Assembly: GCA_902799285.1 (NCBI GenBank)
Contig: CADCAA010000001.1
Span: forward strand, 7,533-71,532
Direction of reading: 5' to 3'
Length of the DNA stretch: 64,000 bases
Source: an uncultured Pseudomonadota bacterium
GTDB taxonomy: Bacteria; Pseudomonadota; Alphaproteobacteria; Rs-D84
Both the position numbers and the translations under genes were made by a program. The notes beneath the pieces were generated by a model, which was not told the DNA's origin, ran no database searches, and worked only from the letters and a program-made list of their open reading frames with translations. Below are positions 44,726 through 54,549 of this stretch, piece after piece (the first letter of the stretch is position 1; every line of letters begins with the position of its first letter).

Positions 44726-45703
44726 ATGGCTGAATTGATTACGGTTTCTTTGGTCGAAGACGGAACAAAATTGATGCGCTGGTTTTTGCGTAAATTTCCG
44801 GCGATGCCAAATCGTGAATTTTTCAAACTTTGTCGTGGTGGACAAATTCGTGTGAATTCCGCGCGTGTGGATTCTAATCGTGTGTTGCGTGCGGGCGATG
44901 TTGTGCGAATCCCGCCAACGATTGCTGTGTATGCAAAACGCGAAAATGCCAGAAAGACGACCAGTGGCGACGCTTTTTCAATGTCTGATTTGGAAATGTT
45001 GCGCAAAACAATTGTTTATAATGATGACGATATTGTTGTGTTTAACAAGCCCGCTGGATTGGCGGTCCAGGGCGGTACGGGTATCAGAAAATCCGTTGAT
45101 AAAATGGCAACAGCATTATTTCCGTATGATAAAATATCTTTGGTGCATCGTTTGGATAGGGATACGTCCGGATTATTGGTTGTGGCAAAAAATCAAAAGG
45201 CCGCGCAAAGTTTGGCAAAGGAATTTCAAACAAAAACTGCACGCAAAGAATATTTGGCTTTGTTAAATGGTAATGTTTCGCCAAAAAGTGGTGTGATTGA
45301 TAATTATATTGTCAAAGGTCGGGTTGTAGATAGCTCAGAACGTATAAATGGTGGCACAGGTCAAAAACCGCAACGTGCAATTACAGAATATAAAGTTTTA
45401 TCTGATGCGGGTTCAATTGTTTCGTGGGTTTCGTTTTTGCCACTGACAGGGCGAACACATCAATTAAGAATTCACAGTGCGTTCAGTTTGAATGCGCCAA
45501 TCGTTGGTGATGATTTGTATGGTGTGGATAAAAAAATTGATTCTGGGTTATCGGCGGTGTTGGCAACAAATAAGTTGTTTTTATTCGCATATAGGATAAC
45601 ATTTCGTCATCCACGGACAAATAAACTGATAACATTAAAGGCGGCTGTGCCGGATTTTATGAAGTCAGTTATGGAATTTTTGGAATTTCAATTGCCGGAA
45701 TAA
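44726..45703 (+). CDS. RluA-family 23S rRNA pseudouridine synthase (RluC/RluD-like) with S4 domain
   Basis: Catalytic HRLDRDTSGLLVVAKN, plus TGRTHQLRIH. Confidence 0.85.
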   Translation: MAELITVSLVEDGTKLMRWFLRKFPAMPNREFFKLCRGGQIRVNSARVDSNRVLRAGDVVRIPPTIAVYAKRENARKTTSGDAFSMSDLEMLRKTIVYNDDDIVVFNKPAGLAVQGGTGIRKSVDKMATALFPYDKISLVHRLDRDTSGLLVVAKNQKAAQSLAKEFQTKTARKEYLALLNGNVSPKSGVIDNYIVKGRVVDSSERINGGTGQKPQRAITEYKVLSDAGSIVSWVSFLPLTGRTHQLRIHSAFSLNAPIVGDDLYGVDKKIDSGLSAVLATNKLFLFAYRITFRHPRTNKLITLKAAVPDFMKSVMEFLEFQLPE

Positions 45704-45707
45704 AGAT

Positions 45708-47771
45708 ATGACAAGACGTAAAAGATGGATTCTTTGGTTGCGATTGATTAGCCTGTGTTTTTTTGGGCTGGTGGCGGCCATCATCATTGCGTTGTCCCAG
45801 GTGAATTTGGAAAGTTTGCGTGGCAGTGTTTTGTCTATGTTGCAAAATGCCACGGGGTATCCGGTGCAAATTGATGGTGTCGTGTCGTGGAAGTTTTCGT
45901 TGCGTCCGCGTATAGAATTAAATCAGGTGCGTATCGCAAATGCCGATTGGGCAAAAGAAAAATTTGGATTTTCGGCCGAACGTATGGATGTGACATTGGA
46001 TTTAATATCGCTGTTGCGAAATCGGCCAACTATTCGCAGTGTTAAATTGTATGATGTTGCGGTCAGAGTTGAAAAAAACGAAAAGGGCGAATCGTCTTTG
46101 CAACCAATTCAGGAAAATAAGGTCGAGTCAGACGAAAAAAAAGTTGATGATAAAATTGCTAAATTTCCTGTGCCGGATAGTCCGTTTGGAAAAATTGAAT
46201 TAGATGATTTTTTATATGATGATGGGGATACTAAATTTTTTATGTCTGGGGCGCAATTGCGGTATGTACATTTGGATGATTCACGTGAATATCATGGTTG
46301 GATACGGCCACGTGACGATGTTTATCCTTTTATAATAGTATTGGATGAATATAACGATGACAGAAAAGTTTACCCGGTCAAGGTTGCGTTATCAACCGGG
46401 GGAAATGCTTTGATTGCAAATGTTGCGTTGGAAGCAAAAAGCAAGATGCCAATCGATTTTGTTGTCAAAGGTGATATTGTCGATTTGGCCGCAATCAAAG
46501 ATTTGTTTGATGTTGATTTAACCGGGTTGCCACGAATTTCTGTGAATATTGCGGGTGGATTGCGCGATCATGATACTTTGGTTTTGCGGAAATCAACCGT
46601 ATCATTACGCGGGACAGATATAGATGTATCGGGTTCATATGATTGGGGTGGCAAGGTTCCGGCGTTGAATATTAATTTGGCATCTAAAAATGTAAATTTA
46701 TTGAAATTGGTGCCGGAAATGTATTCTGGGTGGGTGCGGCCAGACAGGGAATTAAATGTTTTTCATGATATAAATTTACATGGGTCTGATATTCGTAAAT
46801 TTGATTTGGATGTATCTGTGGATTTCAAGCATTTAATTGTTTATCGTGATATGGATTTGAAAAATACAAAAATTGATTTGAAATATAAAAATGGCAAAGG
46901 TCGTGTGGATGCAAATGTTGATATTGCCGGTGGTGTAATGCGTGTGGGGTCTGACTTTACCATTGATGATACTGGTCGTATATTTATCAAAACCGGTGTT
47001 TATGCAAATGATTTCACAATTGGAAAATTGATGGATGAAATTAGAATTCATGACTTTATTGTTGGTTTGCCGGTTGATATATACGGATATTTCGAGGCAA
47101 ATGGTCGCAATATGTCTGAATGGATGCAAACGATTACGGGTCCGGTCCAGGCATATTCTGTGGGTGATGGTTATGCGTATCCGCAATTGGTTGAAAATAT
47201 TTATGGTGCCGATGTTTTAACAACCCTGCGTCATAATATCCAAGATTTGTTTACCGAAGATAAAAAACACGACAAAGCACGCATATCTGGGTTGGCGGTG
47301 AATTTGAAAGTGCGTAATGGCGATATTGAAACGCGTAATGGTGTTGCGGTTGAAACGAATTCTATTAATGCACGATTGGCGGGTGATTTGAACCTGGGGG
47401 CCGAAGAAATTGATTTGGCTTTGACGACTGTGCCGGTTCGTGGGTTGAAATTATCGCTGACGGGGAATGTTGTAAATACTGTGGAAATTGTTGGTAATTT
47501 GGCCGAACCAGATATAAAATTAAATGGTGCGGCTTTGACGGGCAAAGTTGTGTCGGCCACTGGATTGGGGTTGTTGTTGATGCCGTTTACCGGTGGTGTC
47601 AGTTTTGTTGCCGGGCTATTTGCCGGTGGATTGTTGGAAAATTGGTTGGCAGATAGTGAACCAGTTGAAACGGCTTTGCGTGATGGCGCGCCGGCGATGG
47701 ATGATGATCCAGAATGGATGGATATTCCAATTGCGGATTTGGTTAATCCAATGTTAAAAAATAATATGTAA
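45708..47771 (+). CDS. AsmA-family outer-membrane biogenesis protein
   Basis: An N-terminal TM anchor followed by a long beta-rich periplasmic region, 687 aa. The N-terminus resembles AsmA (LESLRGSVLSMLQNATGYPVQIDG). Confidence 0.65.
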   Translation: MTRRKRWILWLRLISLCFFGLVAAIIIALSQVNLESLRGSVLSMLQNATGYPVQIDGVVSWKFSLRPRIELNQVRIANADWAKEKFGFSAERMDVTLDLISLLRNRPTIRSVKLYDVAVRVEKNEKGESSLQPIQENKVESDEKKVDDKIAKFPVPDSPFGKIELDDFLYDDGDTKFFMSGAQLRYVHLDDSREYHGWIRPRDDVYPFIIVLDEYNDDRKVYPVKVALSTGGNALIANVALEAKSKMPIDFVVKGDIVDLAAIKDLFDVDLTGLPRISVNIAGGLRDHDTLVLRKSTVSLRGTDIDVSGSYDWGGKVPALNINLASKNVNLLKLVPEMYSGWVRPDRELNVFHDINLHGSDIRKFDLDVSVDFKHLIVYRDMDLKNTKIDLKYKNGKGRVDANVDIAGGVMRVGSDFTIDDTGRIFIKTGVYANDFTIGKLMDEIRIHDFIVGLPVDIYGYFEANGRNMSEWMQTITGPVQAYSVGDGYAYPQLVENIYGADVLTTLRHNIQDLFTEDKKHDKARISGLAVNLKVRNGDIETRNGVAVETNSINARLAGDLNLGAEEIDLALTTVPVRGLKLSLTGNVVNTVEIVGNLAEPDIKLNGAALTGKVVSATGLGLLLMPFTGGVSFVAGLFAGGLLENWLADSEPVETALRDGAPAMDDDPEWMDIPIADLVNPMLKNNM

Positions 47772-47789
47772 AAATTTAAGGATGAAAAA

Positions 47790-48557
47790 ATGGTGCATAT
47801 ATCTGAATTGATTCAGTTGGCGGTAATTGTTGCCTTGGTTTGGTATTTTTATAAAAAGTTGATACGCAATACTTCGTCTGAAAAAATGGTGCGCGGGGTG
47901 TTGGGATTGGTACTGTTATGGGTATTCAGTTTCGTTTGCGTATTGTTAAAATTGGATTTGATTGGTGGATTTTTGCATTGGGTGGCGTTGTTTTTATCCA
48001 TCAGTTTGATTGTTGTGTTTCAACCAGAATTGCGAAAGTTTATGGCACTGATGGGCAGTGTCCAAGGTTGGCGTAAATTATTTGCTGGGAAAAATGGTGA
48101 TTCTGTGCAAGCACGTAATACAGCCCCATTGGATGCGATTGTCAGTGCGGTGGAATATATGTCGGCAAAACACACGGGGGCATTGATTGTTTTTCCAACC
48201 ACATTGGATGAATCTGTGATTGAACGCAAAGGTGTTGCAGTCGATGCGAAAATAACATCTGAATTATTGCTGACCATATTTTTTAATAAAACGCCGTTGC
48301 ATGATGGCGCGGTGATTGTTGAAAATAATCGGATTGCCTATGCAGGGGCAATATTGCCACTGTCGCAACATAATTTGAATTGGAAATATGGAACGCGTCA
48401 CAGGGCGGCATTGGGATTGAGTGAGGTGTCGTCGGCCACTGTATTAGTTGTGTCCGAAGAAAGTGGTGATATATCAATCGCAGAAAAAGGCAAAATTACC
48501 AAATACGACGATTTGAAAAAATTGCGTGCAAAACTGGAAAAAGTTATGAAAATGTAA
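47790..48557 (+). CDS. cdaA: Membrane-bound diadenylate cyclase CdaA (DisA_N domain)
   Basis: Three N-terminal TM helices. DAC motifs TPLHDGAVIV and GTRHRAALGLSEVSSATVLVVSEESG. Confidence 0.85.
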   Translation: MVHISELIQLAVIVALVWYFYKKLIRNTSSEKMVRGVLGLVLLWVFSFVCVLLKLDLIGGFLHWVALFLSISLIVVFQPELRKFMALMGSVQGWRKLFAGKNGDSVQARNTAPLDAIVSAVEYMSAKHTGALIVFPTTLDESVIERKGVAVDAKITSELLLTIFFNKTPLHDGAVIVENNRIAYAGAILPLSQHNLNWKYGTRHRAALGLSEVSSATVLVVSEESGDISIAEKGKITKYDDLKKLRAKLEKVMKM

Positions 48558-48565
48558 AAATTAAT

Positions 48566-48598
48566 GCCACTGAAAATTACTTTTAGTGGCGTTTTTTT
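48566..48598 (+). terminator. Rho-independent terminator after cdaA
   Basis: GCCACT...AGTGGC hairpin followed by a T7 run. Confidence 0.6.
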
Positions 48599-48704
48599 AA
48601 TCCGGGGCTTTTGCCCTTGCACCGAATCGGTGTTTTTTGATAAAATGCTAACCAGAATGTAGGAAAAAAACAAAGACAAGAAAGATAAGTAGAGGAGTTT
48701 TATT

Positions 48705-49823
48705 ATGGAATTTTCTGTTTTTCGTCAGGTTTTAATCCGTGCGCTGGGGCATATGCAATCCATTGTTGAAAAGCGTGCAACTTTGCCAATTTTGATGAAT
48801 GTAAAGTTGGATGTATCTGATGATTTGGTTTTGTCTGCGACCAATGTTGATTTGGAATTGGTTGAACATGTGGCGGCGGATATTACTTTGGCGGGCAAAA
48901 CAACTGTGCCGGTCCAGATGTTATATGATATTGTTCGCAAATTGCCTGATGATGCCGAAATTTCTTTCAAACAGGTTGGTGACCAATTGGTCGTGTCCAG
49001 TGGTCGTGCGGTATTTCATTTGCCAACTTTGCCGGCGGAAAATTTCCCGGCCATGGCGGGCAGTAATTTAACCACAAAGTTCCAAATGACAACTGGTGAT
49101 TTGGCACACTTGATTAACCAAACAAAATTCGCAATTCCAACGGATGATGTGCGTTATCATTTGGGCGGTATTTATTTCCATATTTCCGAGGAAGGCAAAT
49201 CAAAAATGTTAACCGCGGTTGCAACCGATGCCCAACGTTTGGCATTGTGTGCTATGCCGGCACCGGTGGACAGTGCCGCTATGCCATCTGTGATTTTGCC
49301 ACGTCGTGTTATTGGTGAGTTATCTAAATTGTTGGAAGATGCCAATGTTGATGATGTCACGGTTGAATTATCTGATACCAAGGCGCGCTTTACAATTGGT
49401 GCCGCTATTTTGACCAGTAAATTGGTTGATGCACAATATCCAAACTATCGCGTTGTGATTCCAAAAGGCAACGATAAAATTGCCGTTATGGACAGAAAGC
49501 AATTTGTGAACGCGGTTGATTTGGTGTCGGTCGCATCTGTTGATAAAACAAAGTCTGTGCAATTGACGTTTTCAACAAACAAATTGGTTATTAACGCGTC
49601 CAGTCCGGATGCTGGAACCGCGACCCAGGAATTGGATGTTGAATACAATGGCGATAGTTCGTTTACCGTTGTGTTTAATGTGAAATTCTTGCTGGATGTC
49701 GCGGGCCAGGTCGAGGGCGAAAAGTTCCAAATGGAAATGCAGGATCCATTATCGCCAACAACGATTAAATCTACGGACAAAAAGACGGATGCGTTATTCG
49801 TATTAATGCCCATGCGCATGTAA
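48705..49823 (+). CDS. dnaN: DNA polymerase III beta sliding clamp
   Basis: 372 aa with the typical N-terminus (...LGHMQSIVEKRATLPILMNVKL) and three-domain length. Confidence 0.9.
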   Translation: MEFSVFRQVLIRALGHMQSIVEKRATLPILMNVKLDVSDDLVLSATNVDLELVEHVAADITLAGKTTVPVQMLYDIVRKLPDDAEISFKQVGDQLVVSSGRAVFHLPTLPAENFPAMAGSNLTTKFQMTTGDLAHLINQTKFAIPTDDVRYHLGGIYFHISEEGKSKMLTAVATDAQRLALCAMPAPVDSAAMPSVILPRRVIGELSKLLEDANVDDVTVELSDTKARFTIGAAILTSKLVDAQYPNYRVVIPKGNDKIAVMDRKQFVNAVDLVSVASVDKTKSVQLTFSTNKLVINASSPDAGTATQELDVEYNGDSSFTVVFNVKFLLDVAGQVEGEKFQMEMQDPLSPTTIKSTDKKTDALFVLMPMRM

Positions 49824-49850
49824 TAAATTAAATTTTATGGATTCTTATCA

Positions 49851-50071
49851 CAAATACCAACCCTTATGTAGGTCTACTACACCGCGGGTTGGTATTTGTT
49901 TCCAATAATCTCATAAAATTTAATTTCTTGAAAAAAAAGTGAAGTGCTTGTTGGCGGTTCGTTTATGTAGCATTTGTACACTGCACTCACAAATAACTTC
50001 GCATCTGTGCCGTTATTATTGATTTTTGGAACACCGATTGTTTCCAATAATCTCATAAAATTTAATTTCTT
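49851..50071 (+). repeat. Composite intergenic repeat: perfect 13-bp-stem hairpin (49851-49898), degenerate hairpin-family copy (about 49945-50030) and a 34-bp perfect direct repeat (49896-49929 and 50038-50071)
   Basis: CAAATACCAACCC / GGGTTGGTATTTG around the loop TTATGTAGGTCTACTACACCGC. TTGTTTCCAATAATCTCATAAAATTTAATTTCTT occurs twice, 142 bp apart. Confidence 0.75.
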
Positions 50072-50161
50072 AGAAAAATTGCCGATTGGTGATTTTTTGT
50101 TGCATTTAACAATGTGTTATTTATAATTGGTGCGTAAATTTTTAATCAAAGAGGTATTATT

Positions 50162-50731
50162 ATGGCTTCATTTATTGCAAATGATATGCGTGTGGGTTGG
50201 GTTATTTCCCATAATGGTAAACGTTATTCGGTGACATCCATTACCAAGGTTAAACCGGGTAAGGGTGGTGCCTTTGTTCAGGCTGATTTGCGTGATATCG
50301 ATTCGGGCAACAAGGGTGGCGATCGTTGGCGCGCCGAAGACAAGGTTGAAAAATTGATGGTCGAGGATTTGGAATGCCAATATTTGTATTCTGATGGTAC
50401 GGATGCATATTTTATGAATCTGTCTGATTATGAACAATTTACTATGCCAACCGATTCGTTGGGTGAACAAATGAAGTTTTTGGCACCGGAAATGGTTGTG
50501 CGTGCGAATTTTGTTGAGGGTCACCCGGTATCCATCACTTTGCCGAAAACCGTGGTTGCTACGATTGTTGAAACCGAGCCGGCTTTAAAGGGTCAAACGG
50601 CGACTGGATCGGGGGGCAAACCTGCGATTTTGGATAATGGTGTGCGTGTCCAGGTTCCTGTATTCGTTGAACAGGGTGAAAAAATTGTTGTTAATACAGA
50701 AACTTTGGAATATGTGGAGCGCGCAAAATAA
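50162..50731 (+). CDS. efp: Translation elongation factor P
   Basis: KVKPGKGGAFVQ loop motif, 189 aa. Confidence 0.9.
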   Translation: MASFIANDMRVGWVISHNGKRYSVTSITKVKPGKGGAFVQADLRDIDSGNKGGDRWRAEDKVEKLMVEDLECQYLYSDGTDAYFMNLSDYEQFTMPTDSLGEQMKFLAPEMVVRANFVEGHPVSITLPKTVVATIVETEPALKGQTATGSGGKPAILDNGVRVQVPVFVEQGEKIVVNTETLEYVERAK

Positions 50732-50881
50732 TCGCGAAATTCTGCGGAATTTTTTATAATTTATAAAATTGGCGAAGTTTTTTTGCCAATTTTTTTTGTG
50801 TTTGGATTTTTTTTTACGGTTTTTTGTGGTATAATGTGTATGCAAACAAATTTATAAACCAACCGATGGGGGGAGACAAAG

Positions 50882-51370
50882 ATGAAAAAACATTTAGTCT
50901 TTGCCGGTGCCATGGGCGTATTGCTTATGGGTGCGGCAAATGCAGAAGTCGTACAGAATTTTCCGGCGGATACGACACATCCAGAATTTACTGCGGAGTC
51001 TAATCAAGCAAAGCCGTATGCTGTGCGTGAATCCAATATAAAAGCAGCAACAACGAATTATGTTAATAATCGCCTGGACGAAGCAAATGCCGATGTTCAA
51101 GCTTTGGCCGGTACCGCGGCAACAGATGCGGCAACTGTGGATACCAATGCGACTGCGATTGCAGCAATGCAAACGGGCAGACAGGTGCATCCAGGTACGG
51201 ATACGTGCAGTACTGCATCTGATAATGATTTGACCGCTGCTGGAACGGCTGCGGGTGCATCGTATGTTGCGTGTGGTTATATTGTACCAAATGGTACAAA
51301 TGCGGACAGCAATACTGCATCAAATTACAATTGGGTCAAGATTGTGACGGTTCCGTCGTTGGAATCTTAG
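50882..51370 (+). CDS. Small secreted protein with Ala/Thr-rich coiled-coil and Cys pair, upstream partner of the 51.4-kb fibre-like gene
   Basis: Signal peptide MKKHLVFAGAMGVLLMGAANA. AIAAMQTGRQVHPGTDTC resembles the KQTRP..C joint of the two large proteins. Confidence 0.55.
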   Translation: MKKHLVFAGAMGVLLMGAANAEVVQNFPADTTHPEFTAESNQAKPYAVRESNIKAATTNYVNNRLDEANADVQALAGTAATDAATVDTNATAIAAMQTGRQVHPGTDTCSTASDNDLTAAGTAAGASYVACGYIVPNGTNADSNTASNYNWVKIVTVPSLES

Positions 51371-51431
51371 TGCCTGAAAAAAATAAATAGTTGTTCATAT
51401 ATGATTTCTTTGTTCAGTGGGAGAGAACGTT

Positions 51432-53390
51432 ATGTCTAGATTAAAATTCTTGTCATGTGTGATATTATCGTCATTTGTGGCGATATCCGCGGCGTATGCA
51501 GAAGGCGAAGAAGCAATTCCTGCACAGACCGAGCCCGAATCGTTGCAAGATGTTGTTACGGGTAATACACCAACAGAGGCCACAATAACATCGATGGGCG
51601 TTTGTGGCGAGAATTTATTTAATCCCCAATTGTTATCCGAATCGGATTTTAATGTGACTATATCAAATGGGACTATGAGTGCCGTTGGTAAATGGAATCA
51701 ATATGTGAATGCATATGTGTCTGCATATAATTTTGGTTTCAAGCCGGGTAAAAAGTATAAAGTCACATATACCATCAAATGTGGTGATACTGAGACAGGG
51801 ACGCGTTTTTTAGGGTTAAAGTTGGCTGATAATACGGTTGTTGGTCCGACGAATGTGTGTGCTGGTCAAACCGGGGACAAGTTGGTTTCGTATTGGTATG
51901 ACAGCAGTGTGTCGAATCCCGTTGTTGGTATGGTTGCGGGTGGTGAAGCATCAGAGGAAGAGATAACATTGCAAAATGTTATGGTGACCGAGGCTGAAAT
52001 GTCGACGTCGTCGTATATTCCATATCTTGCATGTATCAAAGTTGCGTCAAAGTTGAGTACAGACAATCGTGCCGCGGTTGTGGAAAATCGTTTGAACGAT
52101 GTTCGTTCTGTGATTACCAATTTGATAGGTCAAATGGAGACAAATACCACGAATATTCTGTCACTGAATAATGCAAAACAAACACGTCCGGCGACGGCCT
52201 GTGATGATGGCAAAAAATGTTTGTTGGTCAAAGATACCAATGGCGGGAATCATTGGTATGAAATCCAGGATTGTAACGAGGATGATTTCTTGGATGATGT
52301 TGGGACGATGACGACGTGTACTGATTGTGGTGCTTATGTTGCCGGGATGCGTTATGCCAATGGCGGTAATGGTAAAATGTGTGAGGCTTTATCAAGTACG
52401 GCTGCGGCAGGATGTGATACTAATGAATGGGCAACTTCTTTTGCCAATAATACAAACAATACCAGTGGAATAATTTATGGAACGGCCAGAACGGTTCCAA
52501 TTGCGGAACGTAATGTTGGCACGGTTGTAGAGTTAAGCAGTGCGACTTTGGCAATGTCTGGAAATGTTTGTGTGTGTCAGGCGACCAGATATGTGTCAAA
52601 TGGTGTTGAAACAGTTTTGCCCGAAAGTGATAAGTGGATGGTGGCCAAAGTTATGACAGGTACGTTTACTAATGATAACTGTTTAGAAGTTTGTGCGCAT
52701 GAAGACCAGGGCGTATCTGGTTCTGCAAGTGATTCTGCAAAATATGCGGCATATTTCAAAAATATTAGTAGTTCATGCAGCCCAAATGCACAGAGCACAA
52801 CAACATGTAATTACAATTCGTTCTTGCGGACATTGTATGATGGGTTGGATTCGGGTTTAGTGTCGATTTCCATTTCGTCCCAAGGAACAAATGGATTACG
52901 TGTTTACGGCAGTTGCGGGACAGGTGGTAGTTTTGCATCTGATACAGATATTTGCGGAACATCGGTGACAAATCCGGGCGCGTGGGTTGTTGGTGCGATA
53001 CAAACAGATGCGCTTAATGGAACGCTGTATTCCAGTGTGTACAATGGCGCGTTGGTATATGGTAAATCCAGATGTGTTTCAGATTCATCTGTGTTTGACA
53101 ATGTTGCGGACTTTGATGTCGTAAAGTTGGATAGTGCGCCGGCGGCATCCAATTCTGGGACGGTATGTTTGCACAATATAACGGGATACAAACCGGCCAA
53201 TGGTAGCAAGACTGCAACCAGTGCTGAAAGCCAAAAATACTGGATTGTTAAAAAGTATGCAACGGCCGAAGAATGCAATGCAGAAAATAGTACAAGCGGT
53301 TGCTATGGCGAAGGTTGGACCGAAAGTTATCTGAGGAATGGTAATTTCGATTTCTATGGCAAGGTCGGCGATGCATGTTTGGCTAATTAA
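51432..53390 (+). CDS. Secreted modular tail-fibre-like protein (652 aa), paralog-by-module of 31372-33606
   Basis: ATG 51432 after the RBS GGGAGAG. Signal peptide MSRLKFLSCVILSSFVAISAAYA. Shared motifs CGENLFN, IKVAS, a coiled coil followed by AKQTRPATAC..KKCLLV...HWYEIQD, and two C-terminal CxC...W...Cx3C modules. Confidence 0.7.
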   Translation: MSRLKFLSCVILSSFVAISAAYAEGEEAIPAQTEPESLQDVVTGNTPTEATITSMGVCGENLFNPQLLSESDFNVTISNGTMSAVGKWNQYVNAYVSAYNFGFKPGKKYKVTYTIKCGDTETGTRFLGLKLADNTVVGPTNVCAGQTGDKLVSYWYDSSVSNPVVGMVAGGEASEEEITLQNVMVTEAEMSTSSYIPYLACIKVASKLSTDNRAAVVENRLNDVRSVITNLIGQMETNTTNILSLNNAKQTRPATACDDGKKCLLVKDTNGGNHWYEIQDCNEDDFLDDVGTMTTCTDCGAYVAGMRYANGGNGKMCEALSSTAAAGCDTNEWATSFANNTNNTSGIIYGTARTVPIAERNVGTVVELSSATLAMSGNVCVCQATRYVSNGVETVLPESDKWMVAKVMTGTFTNDNCLEVCAHEDQGVSGSASDSAKYAAYFKNISSSCSPNAQSTTTCNYNSFLRTLYDGLDSGLVSISISSQGTNGLRVYGSCGTGGSFASDTDICGTSVTNPGAWVVGAIQTDALNGTLYSSVYNGALVYGKSRCVSDSSVFDNVADFDVVKLDSAPAASNSGTVCLHNITGYKPANGSKTATSAESQKYWIVKKYATAEECNAENSTSGCYGEGWTESYLRNGNFDFYGKVGDACLAN

Positions 53391-53412
53391 TACAGGGTTT
53401 TTGTGTGTGGGT

Positions 53413-53438
53413 AAAGGGTCGCGGTAACGTGACCCTTT
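53413..53438. terminator. Hairpin terminator between convergent genes
   Basis: AAAGGGTC-(10-nt loop)-GACCCTTT. Confidence 0.6.
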
Positions 53439-53442
53439 GTTA

Positions 53443-54390
53443 TTAAATTTTATTTGCGGAATTAAAAACCTCGCGGATTAAAAATATACACGCATCGCGG
53501 ATTGCGTCGCGACCGGCGTCCATATATTTTCGTGGGTTAAAGTTTTGCGGATTTTTATATAAATCTTGGCGGACGGCGGCCGTCATCGCCAAACGTAAAT
53601 CACTGTCTATATTTATTTTGCAAATGTTTGTGTGTGTTGCGGTAAAGTTTAATTGTTCGATATCGATACCCATTGCGTTTTTTATGTCGCCACCAAATTT
53701 ATTTATTTTGTCGACTAAATAGTTTGGTATGGATGATGCACCGTGCAAAACCAATGGTGTGTTCGGAATTTTTTCCTGGATTTCTGATAATATATCGAAA
53801 CGCAGTGTTTCATCCGCGCTGTGCCTTTTATATGCACCGTGTGATGTGCCGATTGCGATGGCCAGCGAATCGGTGCCTGTTTGTGATACGAATTTTGCTG
53901 CGGTGTCTGGGTCGGTGTATACCGATTCGGTATTTGATGTATTTTCATCTTCGAATCCGGTGAGTTGACCCAGTTCAGATTCCACCGATGCGCCGCGTGC
54001 GTGTGCGTATCGCACAATATTGTGTGTCGCATCGATGTTTTCGTCGATGTCGCGATTGCTGAAATCCAACATAACACTGGAAAAACCGATATCGATTGCG
54101 TGCATACATGATTCAATCGAATGTCCGTGATCCAGGTGCAGGGCGATTTGTTCGTGTGGATTGATTTTTGCGCCAGAAATAATACCCATTAGTATATCGT
54201 CGCCCATATATTTTAATGCCGATTCGGAAATTGCGATAATAAGTGGACTGTGCGTCAATCGGGCCGCGGACAGAATAGCCTGGATCGTTTCCATATTATA
54301 TGCATTAAATGCCGGAACAGCGAATCCGTGATTCATCGCGGATTTTAGCATATTTTCGGTGTTGCATAGTCCAAATTTGTCAAATCGCAT
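53443..54390 (-). CDS. fba: Class II fructose/ketose-bisphosphate aldolase
   Basis: Start set at ATG 54390 (MRFDKFGL...). Motifs FAVPAFNAYNME, LHLDHG and GTSHGAYK. Confidence 0.85.
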   Translation of the reverse strand: MRFDKFGLCNTENMLKSAMNHGFAVPAFNAYNMETIQAILSAARLTHSPLIIAISESALKYMGDDILMGIISGAKINPHEQIALHLDHGHSIESCMHAIDIGFSSVMLDFSNRDIDENIDATHNIVRYAHARGASVESELGQLTGFEDENTSNTESVYTDPDTAAKFVSQTGTDSLAIAIGTSHGAYKRHSADETLRFDILSEIQEKIPNTPLVLHGASSIPNYLVDKINKFGGDIKNAMGIDIEQLNFTATHTNICKINIDSDLRLAMTAAVRQDLYKNPQNFNPRKYMDAGRDAIRDACIFLIREVFNSANKI

Positions 54391-54549
54391 TGAAAATTCT
54401 CTCTTTTGGTTTGATAATAGCAAGAAAGTTATTGGTTTGGCTAGGTTTTTTTTGATGGCTCGGCTTGACTATGGGTTATTTTGTGTCATAATTATATTGA
54501 AGTGGGTAAGAAAATTTACCTGTAAAAACAATTTAAAAAGGATTAAAAC

